From the NCBI GenBank assembly GCA_010405405.1, contig MU004242.1, positions 283,751-347,750 on the forward strand: a stretch of DNA of 64,000 bases, given 5' to 3'. This DNA is from Microthyrium microscopicum. Lineage: Eukaryota. Below, piece by piece: positions 11,086 to 23,681 of the stretch. The notes beneath the pieces are model-generated. The model was not told the DNA's origin and did no database searches. It worked only from the letters and a program-made list of their open reading frames with translations. The translations under genes were made by a program, and so were the position numbers. The first letter of the stretch is position 1. Every line of letters starts with the position of its first letter.

Positions 11086-11559
11086 TGATGTATTTTTGAT
11101 GGAGGCTGCTGTGGTTCGTGGATTGGTGCGGAAGAAGAGAGAAGGGCGGGGTTTATACCTTAAATGTTGAAGGATTTATTTTGCAATGTATTATGATATC
11201 ACGAAGCATGCGACTGGTTGAAGCAATCTTGCAAGGTGGCGATGCAGGAACCGACTTCAACATTGCGGTGATGCCATCAATTTGGCTAGCCTGGCGGTAT
11301 TTTGTACTGCCTGGCTCTTGGATTGGACAGGTGCATTTCACGATTGCTCTGATCCTTTTTGATATCTCAGATGAGTATTTTAGAGGATTGGAATACTCGG
11401 ATGAAGCTTGATGGAAGTTTGAAAGAAGAAGAATCCGGTTATGTAATTCAGTGGTAGTTGACGATGATGTGTACCATCGAATTACAACGATCATATATCG
11501 GCGTCTACCTTCAGTTCAGTGTCCGCAATTAAGACGTGAGGTAGGGCGAGAGGTATTAT

Positions 11560-11960
11560 TTTATACCATTCTTGGTAAACAGATTAGCCAACTTAACGAC
11601 CTGGCTAGTTCTTAGGATATCTAAATTGTACTAGATGCCTACAAAGAAGGCAGAAGCAAAGCTAATAAGCTAACCTACGAGATACTCTATAAATAGATCT
11701 TACTTATCTATTATCTATTATAATTTATCTCTCTTCTTTTATAGCATAATAGTAAGTAACAAATTAACTAGTAATTATGATTTAATAACTATACTTAAAA
11801 CTACTATAATTAGAAGTTAGCTTTATAACGTATACTAGATATAGAGCTTTTATATATTAAGCTTTATACTATGTAAACTATTAACTTGCTATAAGTATTT
11901 ATAGCTAGTATTAAGGAGTTAGAGCGAAGCACTATTTTGAAGCACTTAGCTACGTCGCCA
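11560..11960. mobile_element. AT-rich, RIP-like degenerate repeat/transposon relic
   Basis: Abrupt drop in GC with strong TpA enrichment and scarce CpA/TpG (e.g. tacttatctattatctattataatttatc). No ORFs. Confidence 0.6.
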
Positions 11961-12250
11961 CGTCTCAAATAGGCCATGGAGAAAATGATTTGATTAAACT
12001 TTGACATTGTTGAGGCCGACCCTATATATCTTCCAACCGAGATGTCGCCTTAAGTAGAAGGAGCCTGAGACTCGATGTAAATCTGATTTGACAACAAGGC
12101 TCTTGTATAAAGTAATCCAAGCCGCCCAACTATGAAAATACTTTTGGGACATGCCGGATAAAAACAATTTTGATTTGAGCATAGCAGTGCTACTCACTTC
12201 TGCAGCCTTGACGATGAACTCAACAGCACAAATACGTATTAGCTGTTGAT

Positions 12251-14101
12251 TCACCGCCAAACTGTACTGTCTCGATCTATACCGAACATGTCACGCATCC
12301 AAGAAAAGTGAACATCCAAGTCTTGTTCAAATCGAGTTTGGCGTTCCCCGCGATGGATATGGACAGAGATCAACCCGATGTGAAGGAACTGTAGGAATGG
12401 CCACTCTTGCACATATTTATATGCACAGGAATGCATAAACTTGAAGTGCGAAGTCTCATTTTGCTTCTGCAACGTGAGATAGTCGGAGTACGGGACGTAC
12501 CTGCCTTTGTATGGGTAGGAATATATGTCGCGTGTAAAGGCAATTCGCTTGAGATTTCTCAAGACACCAAGATGGTGCCTTATTGGCTCATGATCAACGA
12601 GCCAATCAAGCTTCAGGCCTTGTTGACGGCCGGCAGTTAAATGGATAACTTCTAGGGATGACAACTTTGAGATAGCGATGAGCGAGGAGTCCGGGATTTT
12701 GTCTCCCTTCCAAGCTAAGGAGAGTTTGCTGAGATTGGAAAAGGTGGTAAGAAGTGATAAGGTGCGCTCTATAAGGCTCACAGTTCTCGCACCATCGATC
12801 GCGAACGATTTGAGCTGTTTGTTCTGCTTCAAAAACTCAAGTGCTACTCTTTCTCCGGGGTCCTTATACATGTGAAGGACCAGCGTTTCCAGTGATGGGA
12901 TTTGGCCGTGGTGGTCTAAGAGCTTTCTGGTAGTCTTATTTGCATAGTTTATGGCAAGAGTGGACAGACTGGAGCTAGACAGGACCAGGCTTCGCAGAGC
13001 AGACTGATCGAATCCAGTTTCTTCGTTGATATCAAGGTACTGCAAGCTGGGAAATTTGAGAGAAAAGGATATGGGATCTTGACTCCTTTTGCCATTGGCG
13101 ATGTCTTGATGTGAGAGCTTCAGGCTTCTCAAGGATGTTGAGCACGGTTTTAATATCGTGCTGTAATTCTCTGAAATATTCACTGGCGGACCTTCGGAAA
13201 AGAAGTCGAATGACTCTTCGCAGTCCAAGCTGATATCCAGGGTTTCAAGCGGCCAGGCTATAGCACCATACACAGCAGTGGGTGCGCATTCTTGCACTTT
13301 TAGCATGCGAAATGTGAGGTTTTTGATAGAGGGCGAAGAAATTATATGGTTGAAGAGAGCCGTGTTCCAGTCAGCGACATCCATTTCAAAGGTTTCCAGG
13401 TGCGGGAGATGGGAAGCGACAAAAAGTACGTTTGATCTGTGATTTTCGGCCTTGGCTTTCATTAGTTCGGAAAGATCTTCCCATCGCTCAGCTTCTTCTT
13501 CGTCAGAGTCGAATGCATCATCATCAGAAACCCAAGCATCTTCAACCGATCTGCCCGGCTTTCGAGGTATCGCATTACGAATCGCCTCTCCAAAACTCTG
13601 GATGTTTCCTTTAAGGTGACGCATACACACACCCAGGGATGGATTGCGCGTATGACCTTGATTGTGACGTCTCTCGATCACTTCTCGTCGAAGGAGTCCC
13701 AGAAGCTTCTCAGAATTGGAACTGGCGTCAAGCTTAACAGATCGGAATTGGCAGGCACGTGCCAACTGCCGACAATCCGAGTTGACAAGTGCAAGATTTG
13801 CAAGATCCTTCTTGCTCGCGGTTGCGTATAGATTTTCTGCGATTATTGAGAGTATTTCGAAAGGAATTTTGAACAGAAGGCTATTGTGTGCTACCACCGA
13901 CCTGGTTTCCATGACCCGGTCAAAGGTCAGAGGAGAAGGGAACTCGAGCTTAACAGTCATTTTCTTGACTGTTTTTCTGGTCACAAGTGAAAAGACAATC
14001 GTGGTAGTATATTGATGGATTAAATGGTTGAAATGGTGGACAAGTGTGGTTGGAAAAGATTTATCATCGTCCCCAACCCCTGAAAAAATGTTGGTTCCCA
14101 C
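12251..14101 (-). CDS. F-box-like / LRR-like hypothetical protein (true start may be MTVKLEF near 13960)
   Basis: 616-aa intronless ORF. F-box-like LLFKIPFEILSIIAENL...DLANLALVNSDCRQLARACQF followed by many LxxLxL repeats. Confidence 0.75.
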   Translation of the reverse strand: MGTNIFSGVGDDDKSFPTTLVHHFNHLIHQYTTTIVFSLVTRKTVKKMTVKLEFPSPLTFDRVMETRSVVAHNSLLFKIPFEILSIIAENLYATASKKDLANLALVNSDCRQLARACQFRSVKLDASSNSEKLLGLLRREVIERRHNQGHTRNPSLGVCMRHLKGNIQSFGEAIRNAIPRKPGRSVEDAWVSDDDAFDSDEEEAERWEDLSELMKAKAENHRSNVLFVASHLPHLETFEMDVADWNTALFNHIISSPSIKNLTFRMLKVQECAPTAVYGAIAWPLETLDISLDCEESFDFFSEGPPVNISENYSTILKPCSTSLRSLKLSHQDIANGKRSQDPISFSLKFPSLQYLDINEETGFDQSALRSLVLSSSSLSTLAINYANKTTRKLLDHHGQIPSLETLVLHMYKDPGERVALEFLKQNKQLKSFAIDGARTVSLIERTLSLLTTFSNLSKLSLAWKGDKIPDSSLIAISKLSSLEVIHLTAGRQQGLKLDWLVDHEPIRHHLGVLRNLKRIAFTRDIYSYPYKGRYVPYSDYLTLQKQNETSHFKFMHSCAYKYVQEWPFLQFLHIGLISVHIHRGERQTRFEQDLDVHFSWMRDMFGIDRDSTVWR

Positions 14102-14160
14102 CCCCCTATTTATTGAAATGTTTGTCTTTCGGTTCCAACTCCACCTGCAAATTTATACTT

Positions 14161-14245
14161 GCCTACCTAGGTACCTAACCTATCTACCTAAGTACTTAGG
14201 TACCGATGCCTATTCAAGACACGGACTACTTAAGTACGTACGTTG
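14161..14245. repeat. ACCT/AGGT low-complexity tract with nested palindromes
   Basis: Perfect 18-bp palindrome TACCTAAGTACTTAGGTA (14185-14202), plus TACCTAGGTA, TAGGTACCTA and TACTTAAGTA. Confidence 0.7.
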
Positions 14246-15573
14246 TAGACTTATGAGAACTTAGCACATATACAGTACAGAAAAATTTGCTAAAGAAAAG
14301 GACTCCTATCAAGCACAAGCCTCAGGCCATATGAATGCGTAGGATCAAGTAGGATCACAAGTTCACAACCCTTCCTCTACTTCATGATGCGAAGTGAAGA
14401 CCTTAGGAGCAGTCAATTCTTAAAGCCTTGTCGCATTTTCTATCATGCAACTTTGGCGAGCTGCAATGTCGTCGTCAAGCACACTTGGAGACCTTTCGAT
14501 ATACCTGCAGTCTGAAATATGCTTGCGAAGCCTGGCCTTGTTGTTCAATGTTCCTCTTTTAGTATTTGCAACACTGGCATGGGAGAACACTCTCTAGAGG
14601 ATACAAATCGAATGTGGTTTCTATAGCAGGTGTAAGTGCTCATCTCATAAAAAGCCTCAGGAATACTGAATAGGCACACAACCATCAATCGCTGCGATTT
14701 CTAGCTATGGTCTTCTCCTTCACGATTTTATATCGAGAAGGACTTCGAATTTGTTAAGAGGTCTGTCACGAGTTGTGATCTTCTTCCTGGACCTAGCAAT
14801 CTTGTGCATTCTTGCATATTGATTTTGTTCGCTACTAGCTAGAGCAATGTCGAGATATGATGAGACGGAATCATCAAGGAAGACTAGATTGGCCCGACAA
14901 TCGATAATCATCATACTAGGAAAGCACAACAGCTGGATTCTTGATCTTTTCTTCTCTTCCGTGGTATGTTAGTCTTCAAAACGAATCATGACTTCCCTTA
15001 AGTTCTTTAGTATCATCTAACTTGTTACTCTACGGTTCGTAGTGGTGATAGGTCCTCACTCATATAGAGAAGGGAATCCACTATTGCTTCAAGAACCTGA
15101 TGCCGCCATCAAGAAAACGTCGAGACTAGGGAGAAGATAGAACGCGTAAAAGAGCTGTACATGCAACGACCTTGAAAGTTATGTTCGACGAGAGTTTCAA
15201 AAAAGCCAGCTCATCAATATATTTTACCTGAGTTTTGGTGAATTATTGATAAGGTCATTGCTGCTGAAAAATAAAAGTAGCAATGTTCTTTTCCTACATG
15301 CTTCTACATGATTGCTTTTGCATTGAAACCCCAATAATGTAGGTCGTTACTGTTCTGGCTAGTGAATATGCAGCTTGAATCCTGCAGACTGTATGATTTG
15401 CACACAAAGTGCCTCCTATGTCATTGTACCTACCTGTTACAATCAAGATGACTGCTTTAAAAACCCAAGAAAGGCACGGCAGGCTGATTTTAGAAGCAAG
15501 AGAATTTAATCCTCAGCTCCAACAATTGATCATTCAGGAGATCATTTTTCTGTCTTAAAGCGCGCCGTAGGAA

Positions 15574-17116
15574 ATGGATTCTCCAGCGCCAACTTTTCGA
15601 AAACCGGATTACAACGGAGAAACTGGGGTTGCTGTTTTTGTTCCCGTAGTAGCTTCTGACGAGAGCATTATTACACACGTAAAGCAAGATGTAGATCAAA
15701 GCATAAGTGAGACAAATGACAGGAATCCAAAACAAAATGAGGCCACACAGTCGCAAAAACCGACTTCGACACCGGACCTGCACAATGAAGAGAAGAACCG
15801 CCAAGTGACAACGGAATCAGACACACCTCTCGAAGAACATCATCTCACATTCAGTGACACTGCTAAGCATGCGGCGGAAAAGGTATCACAAAAGCTCCAG
15901 CTGCACCGAGAACATGCGCGCGGTCCTTCCGAAGCACGTCAAAGGCGACAATCTCACGCTGTCATACCTAATGATGAGGTACATCTACCTCTATATATTC
16001 ATTTGAGGAATGCGGTATATGGCTCCTTGGTCATGTATACAACATTTCCATACTGGGACATGGCATTCTGGAGTGGGTGGTCTTACACCTGGGGATCTAT
16101 ACTTTTCATTATCGACGGCTTTTGGGCCTGGACTCCTTTACAGTGGCCCAACTCCGAATTCAAGGGCGAGAGCGAATATGGAGTTGGGTTGTTATTCTTC
16201 TTTGGCGCACTCTTCTATCAACTGGGTGCTACAATGGCGTATTTGGAAGCTATCAATGATGGTAGCTTTGCAGGAAGAGCTATGAAAAGGCATTTAGAAG
16301 GACATGACGAAGACGCGAAAAGATTGCTAGACGAAAAACTGCACATGTTCTTTGGACATATGATTCCGCATCATCACGATGACAAGGAAGACGAAGAAGA
16401 TATGGAAAAGCAGCAGAGCGTCGATCCAGAAGCTGGCTGGAACACTCGTGATAGAAAAGAGAGACCTGGATCCATCTATCCTACAAACAAAGCTCCAGCT
16501 CCTCGACGTGGCGGTGTTGATGTTGGTGCTGCAGAACAGACCGAGTTTCACGAATATCTGACGTGGAGATGGTGGCCGACATGGCATGCATTAAAAACCT
16601 ATCATATTCGTGAAATGGGTTATATTGCCTGCGTCATTCAACTGTTTGGAGCAACTTTGTATGGCATCTGCGGAGTTATTTCCCTGCCTGGAATACTGTC
16701 AAACTTTCAGCCATGGCAGGAACTGGGCGGCTATTGGATTCCACAAATAGTTGCGTCGTTGTGTTTCTTGACTGCTGGTATCATGTTTACAGTGATAACC
16801 CAAGATAGTTGGTATCGACCTTTACCACGTCGTATTGCCTGGTGGATTGGTATATGGGCTACGATTGGTGCTGTAGGATTTATGTAAGTCTCCTCTTTGA
16901 TATTAACCTCCTGTCCTGACTTGGGTACAAAGACTATCTGCTAGTTTCGGAGTTCGATCAGGAGATTCTACTGGAGCTGCATATCAAAGCTCACTGTCGA
17001 GTACCTGGGGCAGTGTTGCATACTTGATCAGTAGTTGGTTACAATGGTGCGAATCTGTCAACAATGGACCTGTGCTGGCATTTCCAAACAACCGCATCCC
17101 GACTATCATGAGGTGA
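15574..17116 (+). CDS. Conserved fungal integral membrane protein with repeated Trp/Gly-rich TM segments
   Basis: 437-aa ORF, intron 16884-16932, last exon ILSASFG..SSTWGSVAYLISSWLQWCESVN..MR*. About 6-7 TM segments. Confidence 0.8.
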
Positions 17117-18264
17117 TCACAACGAGGCTCGACCGAAAGGATAAAAATATTCCGCGTTGGTCCCAATGGCCATCGAATTTTACATTCTGGTGTTTCTTCA
17201 AAGAGTCTCTGTTAATCATGGCGTCGCTACTTTTCCCGCGAGCTTTCTTGCTCAGCACCTGTTTCAGAACCCAACCTTTTTCTTTTAAAAACAACTTCTT
17301 TTATTCTTGTCCTATATCGCACTGAAACTTACCAATCAACATGCATCTATATGGCCGAGTCCCACCCAGAAGCACTGATGCGTCTGGTGAATCGGTAACA
17401 CTAGCTAACGTTTAGCTTCCACAGGAACAGCGGTGTGGACTTGGGCTATCAGCGACGAAAACACACTTCTGGAAAGCGCCAGTTGTCGTATCGGACGTCT
17501 CTGAGGATTCAGAAGCAGAAGACACTTCATCCGAGAGCGAAGATACACGCAAGAGGACAAGTCCCTAGAAACCCGGAGCAATCAAGCTGCTAATAGTCCA
17601 GTTCCAAATCGGCGATCGCTCTCCTTGTAATAGCGACTTGAATCAATTGGTCTCGGCCTCAGTGAATATACGCATCACAGGCCCTGATTGCGGGACATGC
17701 TGCAAACTCGTCATCTCGATGCTGTCTGTAGAAAAAACACTTCATGATGAGGCTGAGGAGGACACATGAAAAGTGACCTCAAGAAATCGATGTTGTTTTG
17801 TCTCGCGCTCTTTCCCTGGCGAGGCTTAAGAATCTACACATTTGGCAACGCGCAGGAGTTGTGGCTGCACCCCAGATTCTATGAGGCTTGTTCTAAAAAT
17901 AGATCATATTTGTATACATTCTAGTACACCCGATCCTTTTATGTCGAGCGTATGGAGATGAGTATATTTTTCGAAATTGAAGTCTTCAATTAGATAGGTA
18001 TAATGAGTTCGATGGAGAACTTTTCTGCGAGTGATGGAAAGTTACACCACATTGGTTGCATGGTATTGCAAATCACGACACAAACCTTCAACTCCTTCCC
18101 TGCTCTGACTCCATTCGACCTTCCGCCTTACATCCACACACATCTGAATTCAGTTCCCGATAAAGCTGATGAGCTATTTCAAACTATGTAGTAGTCCTCG
18201 TATTGAATCCTTACCATCACAAAAAATCTCACCATCAAAACCTCACCATCAGAAATCCACCATC

Positions 18265-19062
18265 ATGGCAGCCACCAACCCAACAACAACCACACCATCC
18301 CCCCAAAATCCCACCACCCCAACAACCCCACCACCCCCAATGAACCGCATAGTAATAGTAGGAAAATCCGGCGTCGGCAAAACAACCCTCTCCACCACCC
18401 TCACCCACCACCTCTCCATCCCCACCATCGAACTCGACTCCCTATTCTGGCAACCCAACTGGACGCATCTCGCCACCCCCGAAATGCGCACCGCCGTAGC
18501 CAATTCCACACCACCTACCGGGCAATGGATAACCGATGGCAACTATACCCGATATGCGCGCGACATTCTCTGGCGACGTGCCGATACGTTGATCTGGCTT
18601 GACTATCCATTACGAATTGCGTTATGGAGAGTGCTGAAGAGGACAGTGAAGAGGGTGTGGAGAGGAGAGGAGTTGTGGAATGGGAATAAAGAGCGCACGT
18701 GGAATCATGTGAAGGGGTTGGTGAATGGTGGGTGGAGGGATAATTTGTTTGTGGGGTGTGTGAGGATGCATTGGAATCATCGGAGGAATTTCCCGGTTTG
18801 GTTGGCGGAGGAGGAGTGTTTGCATTTGAGGGTGCTGCGGTTTAGGAAGCCGAAGGACTTGGAGGTTTGGTTGAGGGGGTTGAGTGTGGTGGAGGATGGA
18901 GGGGATGGGGAGAATGGTGGTATCAAAGGCAACGAGGCTGGCGGAGTCGGAATGGAGGAGATCAAGAAGGATGGCATGAATATCAAAAGCGTGGAAACTA
19001 ATGTCAAAAATGACGTGGCTCATATTAAGGAATCAGAGCCCACCAAGAAATCGCAGCCTTGA
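18265..19062 (+). CDS. P-loop NTPase of the adenylate-kinase-like / FlaR (topology modulation protein) family
   Basis: RIVIVGKSGVGKTT, IELDSLFWQPNW, WITDGNY, RADTLIWLDYP, GEELWNGNKE. Intronless. Confidence 0.85.
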   Translation: MAATNPTTTTPSPQNPTTPTTPPPPMNRIVIVGKSGVGKTTLSTTLTHHLSIPTIELDSLFWQPNWTHLATPEMRTAVANSTPPTGQWITDGNYTRYARDILWRRADTLIWLDYPLRIALWRVLKRTVKRVWRGEELWNGNKERTWNHVKGLVNGGWRDNLFVGCVRMHWNHRRNFPVWLAEEECLHLRVLRFRKPKDLEVWLRGLSVVEDGGDGENGGIKGNEAGGVGMEEIKKDGMNIKSVETNVKNDVAHIKESEPTKKSQP

Positions 19063-19170
19063 AAAGATGTCCAAATAGGGTCACTAGGAGTAAGTAGTAG
19101 TCATAAATCTAATATACATAGTCATAGATGTCATGCGTGAACATGAACCACCGCCACCAAAGAAGAGATC

Positions 19171-19222
19171 TAATCCCCAAGCGATATAGAGTAATCCCCA
19201 AGCGATATAGAGTAATCCCCAA
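19171..19222. repeat. 21-bp tandem repeat, about 2.5 copies
   Basis: TAATCCCCAAGCGATATAGAG twice plus TAATCCCCAA, between two convergent 3' ends. Confidence 0.9.
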
Positions 19223-19285
19223 ACGCTCCTATACAAATGCTGCTAAGCTAAGAAAAATCAACAACCCGCCGAGATACATCATCTA

Positions 19286-21122
19286 TCAAACAATCAAATA
19301 CAAGCTCCCCAAAATACTCGGTCCAATAAACAGACCAAACCAAAACATCAGATTCCCCAACGTCTTCCGATCCTTCAACACCTTCGTCCGACTAAGCCAC
19401 GCCAACGGAATCTGAAATAACTGAAATGTAAACAAGTACCCCCTGACCTTCTTAAACATGCAAAACATCAACAACTCATGTACCAACGCACTGAGCGTAA
19501 ACGTCACCAGCGTAGCCGTCGTCCGGCTAACGTGGAAACTGCTGATACTGGAGTTATATACGTGGCGTAAGAGGAAGTTGTGAACAGGTCTATTCCAGTC
19601 GCGCGCATATTCATCAAAGCTGACAGAGTTCCACCACGTGCCATAAAAGTTGCGGTCTGCAAAGCCAGTTACTTCTGCGAGTACGTTGAGGACACACTCC
19701 CAGACGACCCACCACGTGAGTAGTTGCTCAAGCATGACGGGGAAGAGGAGGTCTGAGACGACCCAAGGAAATTCGCGCCAGCGAGTGGCTATGCGGTCGT
19801 CTTTCATGGCGAGGGTACTGAGGACGACGGGGTGGATGTATGCTTGGGAGACGACGATCATGACGAATATGCCACCAAGTGCTGCGGCGCTTTTCTCGGC
19901 TACGTACCACCAGTTGATGTGCTTTTGGCGTGGGTATTCGAGCTCGTAGCATAGGGTGGGTATGATGGTGTAGTCAGCCCAGTTGGCAAGGGTGAGGTTA
20001 TTGGGATACTGTTTTTCCGGATTTGTAGTCTTGCCATGGAGTTCCTTTGTAAGGGCAGCGAGCTCGTTTTCGATGGCGGTGGTAAATTCTGATTTGGCAT
20101 CGTCGTTTACTGATGTTTCATCATCTATGGCAGTGACAACAGCGCTGAGATGGGAGTTCTCTTTCGTTGGGTCCGTTAATGTTCGGGAGTTGAGAGGTGG
20201 TCGTCGTTGGATTTGGCCATTGGGCTCTTGAGTATTCTCAACGCCAGATGCGCGTAACACATCAACGACTGGAGAGGGTGCTTCGTCGCTTGACTCTGTT
20301 GATCTAAGATGTTCCAGTTTCCGCTCCAAAAGGCGTTTTCTACGGTTCAGTTGAGACACTGTCAAGAATTAGTATCCAGATCTCTGAAAGAACAAATGAC
20401 TTACAATAGCCGTTATAGAATGCATAACTATGCTGCTTCATAACAAAGGTCAAAGTATGCATAACCATAAAAATCGTATGCGTCCACGGCCACTCCCGAT
20501 ACCAAGTCCACGCCAATATCGAAAACAAAAACGCCGTCTGCCATAAATTCTGAATAATCCAGCCCGTCCGTCTCCAGGAAATCCACTCCTTCGCAACAGC
20601 CTTCTGCAAACCTAGACCAACAACCGTCGATCCCACCATAACGCCATCCGTAAGACCAAGAATAATAACATCCCGATCAAACATAAAATGCAACATCTCA
20701 GCTTTCCCAACCACGCTACCATACACTTTATAATTCGAAGCCGCAACCTTCAGCAGCATAAGCGCAATGGCGAGCCAAAACAGTGTGAAGAAGCCGCGAA
20801 ATGGCGACTCGGCGCTGAGGGGATTTTGGCGGTCAAAGGTAGTGAATTGTTTTGTAAAGACCAAGTCGCGTAGGCGATGTGTCGAGGCATTCTCGCGCTC
20901 TGCTAAGATTTGGCGGATCTCATCATCATCGGCAGTAGTTGCCACGGAAGACGGCGGTGTTTGTTTGGGCGTCGACGTCCGTGACAAGGACTCCTTTGCG
21001 GATATTGAGGGGAGACTCATTCTGGCTGAGAGACCTGGTGAGGGTATGGGTGAGATGGAGCTCATTGATAGTCGAGGATCGAGGGACGGCTTGGGTTGCC
21101 GTGTATTGGAGGTTGTGGACAT
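19286..21122 (-). CDS. ARE2: Sterol O-acyltransferase (MBOAT; Are1/Are2 family)
   Basis: FRGFFTLFW, MKQHSYAFYNG, YPNNLT, PTLCYELEYP, FADRNFYGTWWNS, WNRPVHNFLLRHVY, SALVHE. Intron 20359-20404. Confidence 0.92.
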
Positions 21123-21775
21123 GCGCGCCGTAGCGGAAGAGAGGGAGCTTTGTACGGGAGAGAGGGAGTGTTGTATGGGAGAGATGGAGAGATGGTATAG
21201 TAGTGAGGCAGGCACAGCTCTAAGGTGTCATCCTTATTGAAAGATGAAGCAAATCGGAAATGGATGGATAAGAATCTCAGAGGTTCCAGCATTGTCCATC
21301 TGACAAAGAGTACTTGTTTGGTGAGAGGCGCAGAGGGAAAGATCAGGCGACGCGAGGTTTGAGTAGGTAGGTGGAGCGGCTGAAAATAGCAGTGACGTTG
21401 ATGGCGTTTAGGCCCCCGCCAAAAATTATATATCGAGATCTTGAAATCTGATATTTAATGCACCACCATCTAGCCCTCCCGCGTGATACTACTACGACAA
21501 CTACTATCCAAACTTTACTATCTACTTAAGGTGCCCTAAGTCGATCTTCAACTATAGCGAAGAAGTAATTATCCTGGACAGTGCTTGAAGGATAGGAAGC
21601 CGTCGAGAGCTCTTCCATATGACGTTCCACTAAGAAATTTAGTGTATGAGCTTTTGATATTTGAACCGCAGCCAGTCAATGAAATGCTAAATATTATGAT
21701 ATTGCTATCTTAGATCAATTATCTCATAAACCACAATCTTCTCAAGTCAACACATACTCCACCGTATATAATCCA

Positions 21776-23681
21776 TCAACCCAAATTACACTGATTATCC
21801 CCCATCGTACAAAACGCCATCTGAATCGGCTCAGCATAAATGCCCTTGGCCACCAATCTCTCTCTCAAATCACTCAATCTCGGCGCCGCCTCCACCTGGC
21901 TTCTATTGCCTCCCGTCACCGGATCCTTTGCGCCAGACCACAGAATTTCAGCTGCGGCTGCGGCTCTTGGCCATACCACACGGTCGAGGTTTGCACCGTC
22001 GGTTTGCTCGGCCCAGGCGTGTACTTCGCCGCCAATGACGAGATGTTGGGCTTCGGCGGAGATGTTGTAGAGGGGGTCGTAGGAGTAGACGACGCGCCAG
22101 TTGTGGAAGGGCGCACAGTAGTCGTTGTAAGGGAAGAAGGAGGCTGATTGGTTGGGTGGGAAGTTTATCCATTGGCCGTGACCGCAGTCGAGGTACTACA
22201 AGAAGATATTAGTATCGGGGTAGGAATGAGGAAGGGTATTGGGCTTACCCAGAAGTAGTAGTTTCCTGCCAGAGTTTTGTAGCCTTTGGAAACGGTGAGG
22301 TTGACGTTGGTGGATTCTTGCCACGTTTGGACGACAACGTCGCTACCGAGAGTGAGATTCCAGTCAAGGACCATTTCTTCCCAGACCATGGGCGTAAGAC
22401 CTGCTTGGCGGACGATGTCGTGGGTGGAATTGACGAACTTTTGGAGATATGGTTGGATGACGCTGGTGATGTTTGATTTGATTGTTGGGTCGTTGATGTA
22501 GGCAGCGGCTTTTATTTCATCGCCGCCAGTGTGAAAGTAAGCTGTATATGGAGAGATACGGGGAAGGAGATCTTTCAGGAGGTTTTGGATGAAAGTGTAA
22601 ACAGCTGGATCATTCAGATGTAATGTTCCGGAAGGTGGCTCGGCAGAGTATGTGCTCCAGTCTGGCTGTTCGTTGAAGCTGGCAATCAGCTCAGGATGGG
22701 AATACCAGATGGAGGAGGTGTGACCTGGCATATCAATTTCAATGATAACCTGTACGCCCTGTAAAGCTCCATGGCGCTGGATTCCAGCTACATCATCAGG
22801 AGTGTATACCAAATCCTTGTTGTATGCTCCTTTGGCAGAGAGTTCAGGCATTGATGGAATTTCCAGTGGCCATGACTGAGCATCCGTGATATGAAGATGG
22901 AGTCGATTCATCTTGCTGTATGCCAGAGCATCAATCGTTCTCTTAATATGATCAACCTCATAATAGGATCTTGACACGTCCATATTGAGACCGCGATGAG
23001 CAAAAGCCGGATGGTCCTGGATATCAACAGGGGCGTACGGAGTGTATGCAGAGTCCTTGACGGTTGAATGCTTGAAGAATAGCTGAGTAAAGGTTGTCAA
23101 GCCTCGAACCAGACCAATAGAGGAGTTTGCAAAGACCGTAACTTCGCCATCTTCCGTAACTTTGAGAGAATATGATTCATCAATCTCGCCATCTAGTCCT
23201 TTCAAAACATTTGGTGAATCCGGGCCAGAAAGTTGAAGCTTGATGCTGGTAACTGGTTTGCCAGTATCTTCAGTAGGTTCGAATTCCGCATTTCGAGCAT
23301 GGAAACGCCATGGAATAAAGCCTTCTTTGAGAATAGTGTGGTAGGTCCGTCTGATAGCTCGGTCGAGAATTTCCTCCGTGATGGGTGGCTTATTGCTGCT
23401 ACTACTATTGTTTAGTGTGTTTCTCTTTGTGAGCTACATGATTAAAAATAGTCAGCAAATCTGCAAAGAAATGGGGTATCCTACTTCAGAACTGTTTGAA
23501 GAAGCTGCGAGGGAGCGAGCATAAAGCCTACATTAGATTGAACATAGCTGAGTGAGAACTCGGCGTCTGCGCTGAACCACAAGGTAGAGTTGCCAACAGT
23601 GGATTTGGATGGGACCGGCCATAATGCGGATACAAGAGGGCTCAAGGCCAGGGATAGCGGCAACAATTGAAGAAGTTTCAT
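21776..23681 (-). CDS. nagA: Secreted beta-N-acetylhexosaminidase (GH20)
   Basis: Signal peptide then ALWPVP. HRGLNMDVSR, HLHITDAQSWP, EIDMPGH, catalytic HTGGDE, W|YLDCG, WPRAAAAAEILWS. Introns 23434-23531 and 22196-22248. Confidence 0.95.

Noticed and set aside
14300..14930. Short minus-strand ORF fragments
   Set aside because: Interrupted by stops with no recognisable family, so I cannot call a pseudogene.
17217..17770. Exon-like acidic fragment (SEDSEAEDTSSESED) after a GCTAAC..AG
   Set aside because: I could not build a consistent open gene model. It may be a decayed gene, but this is unsupported.
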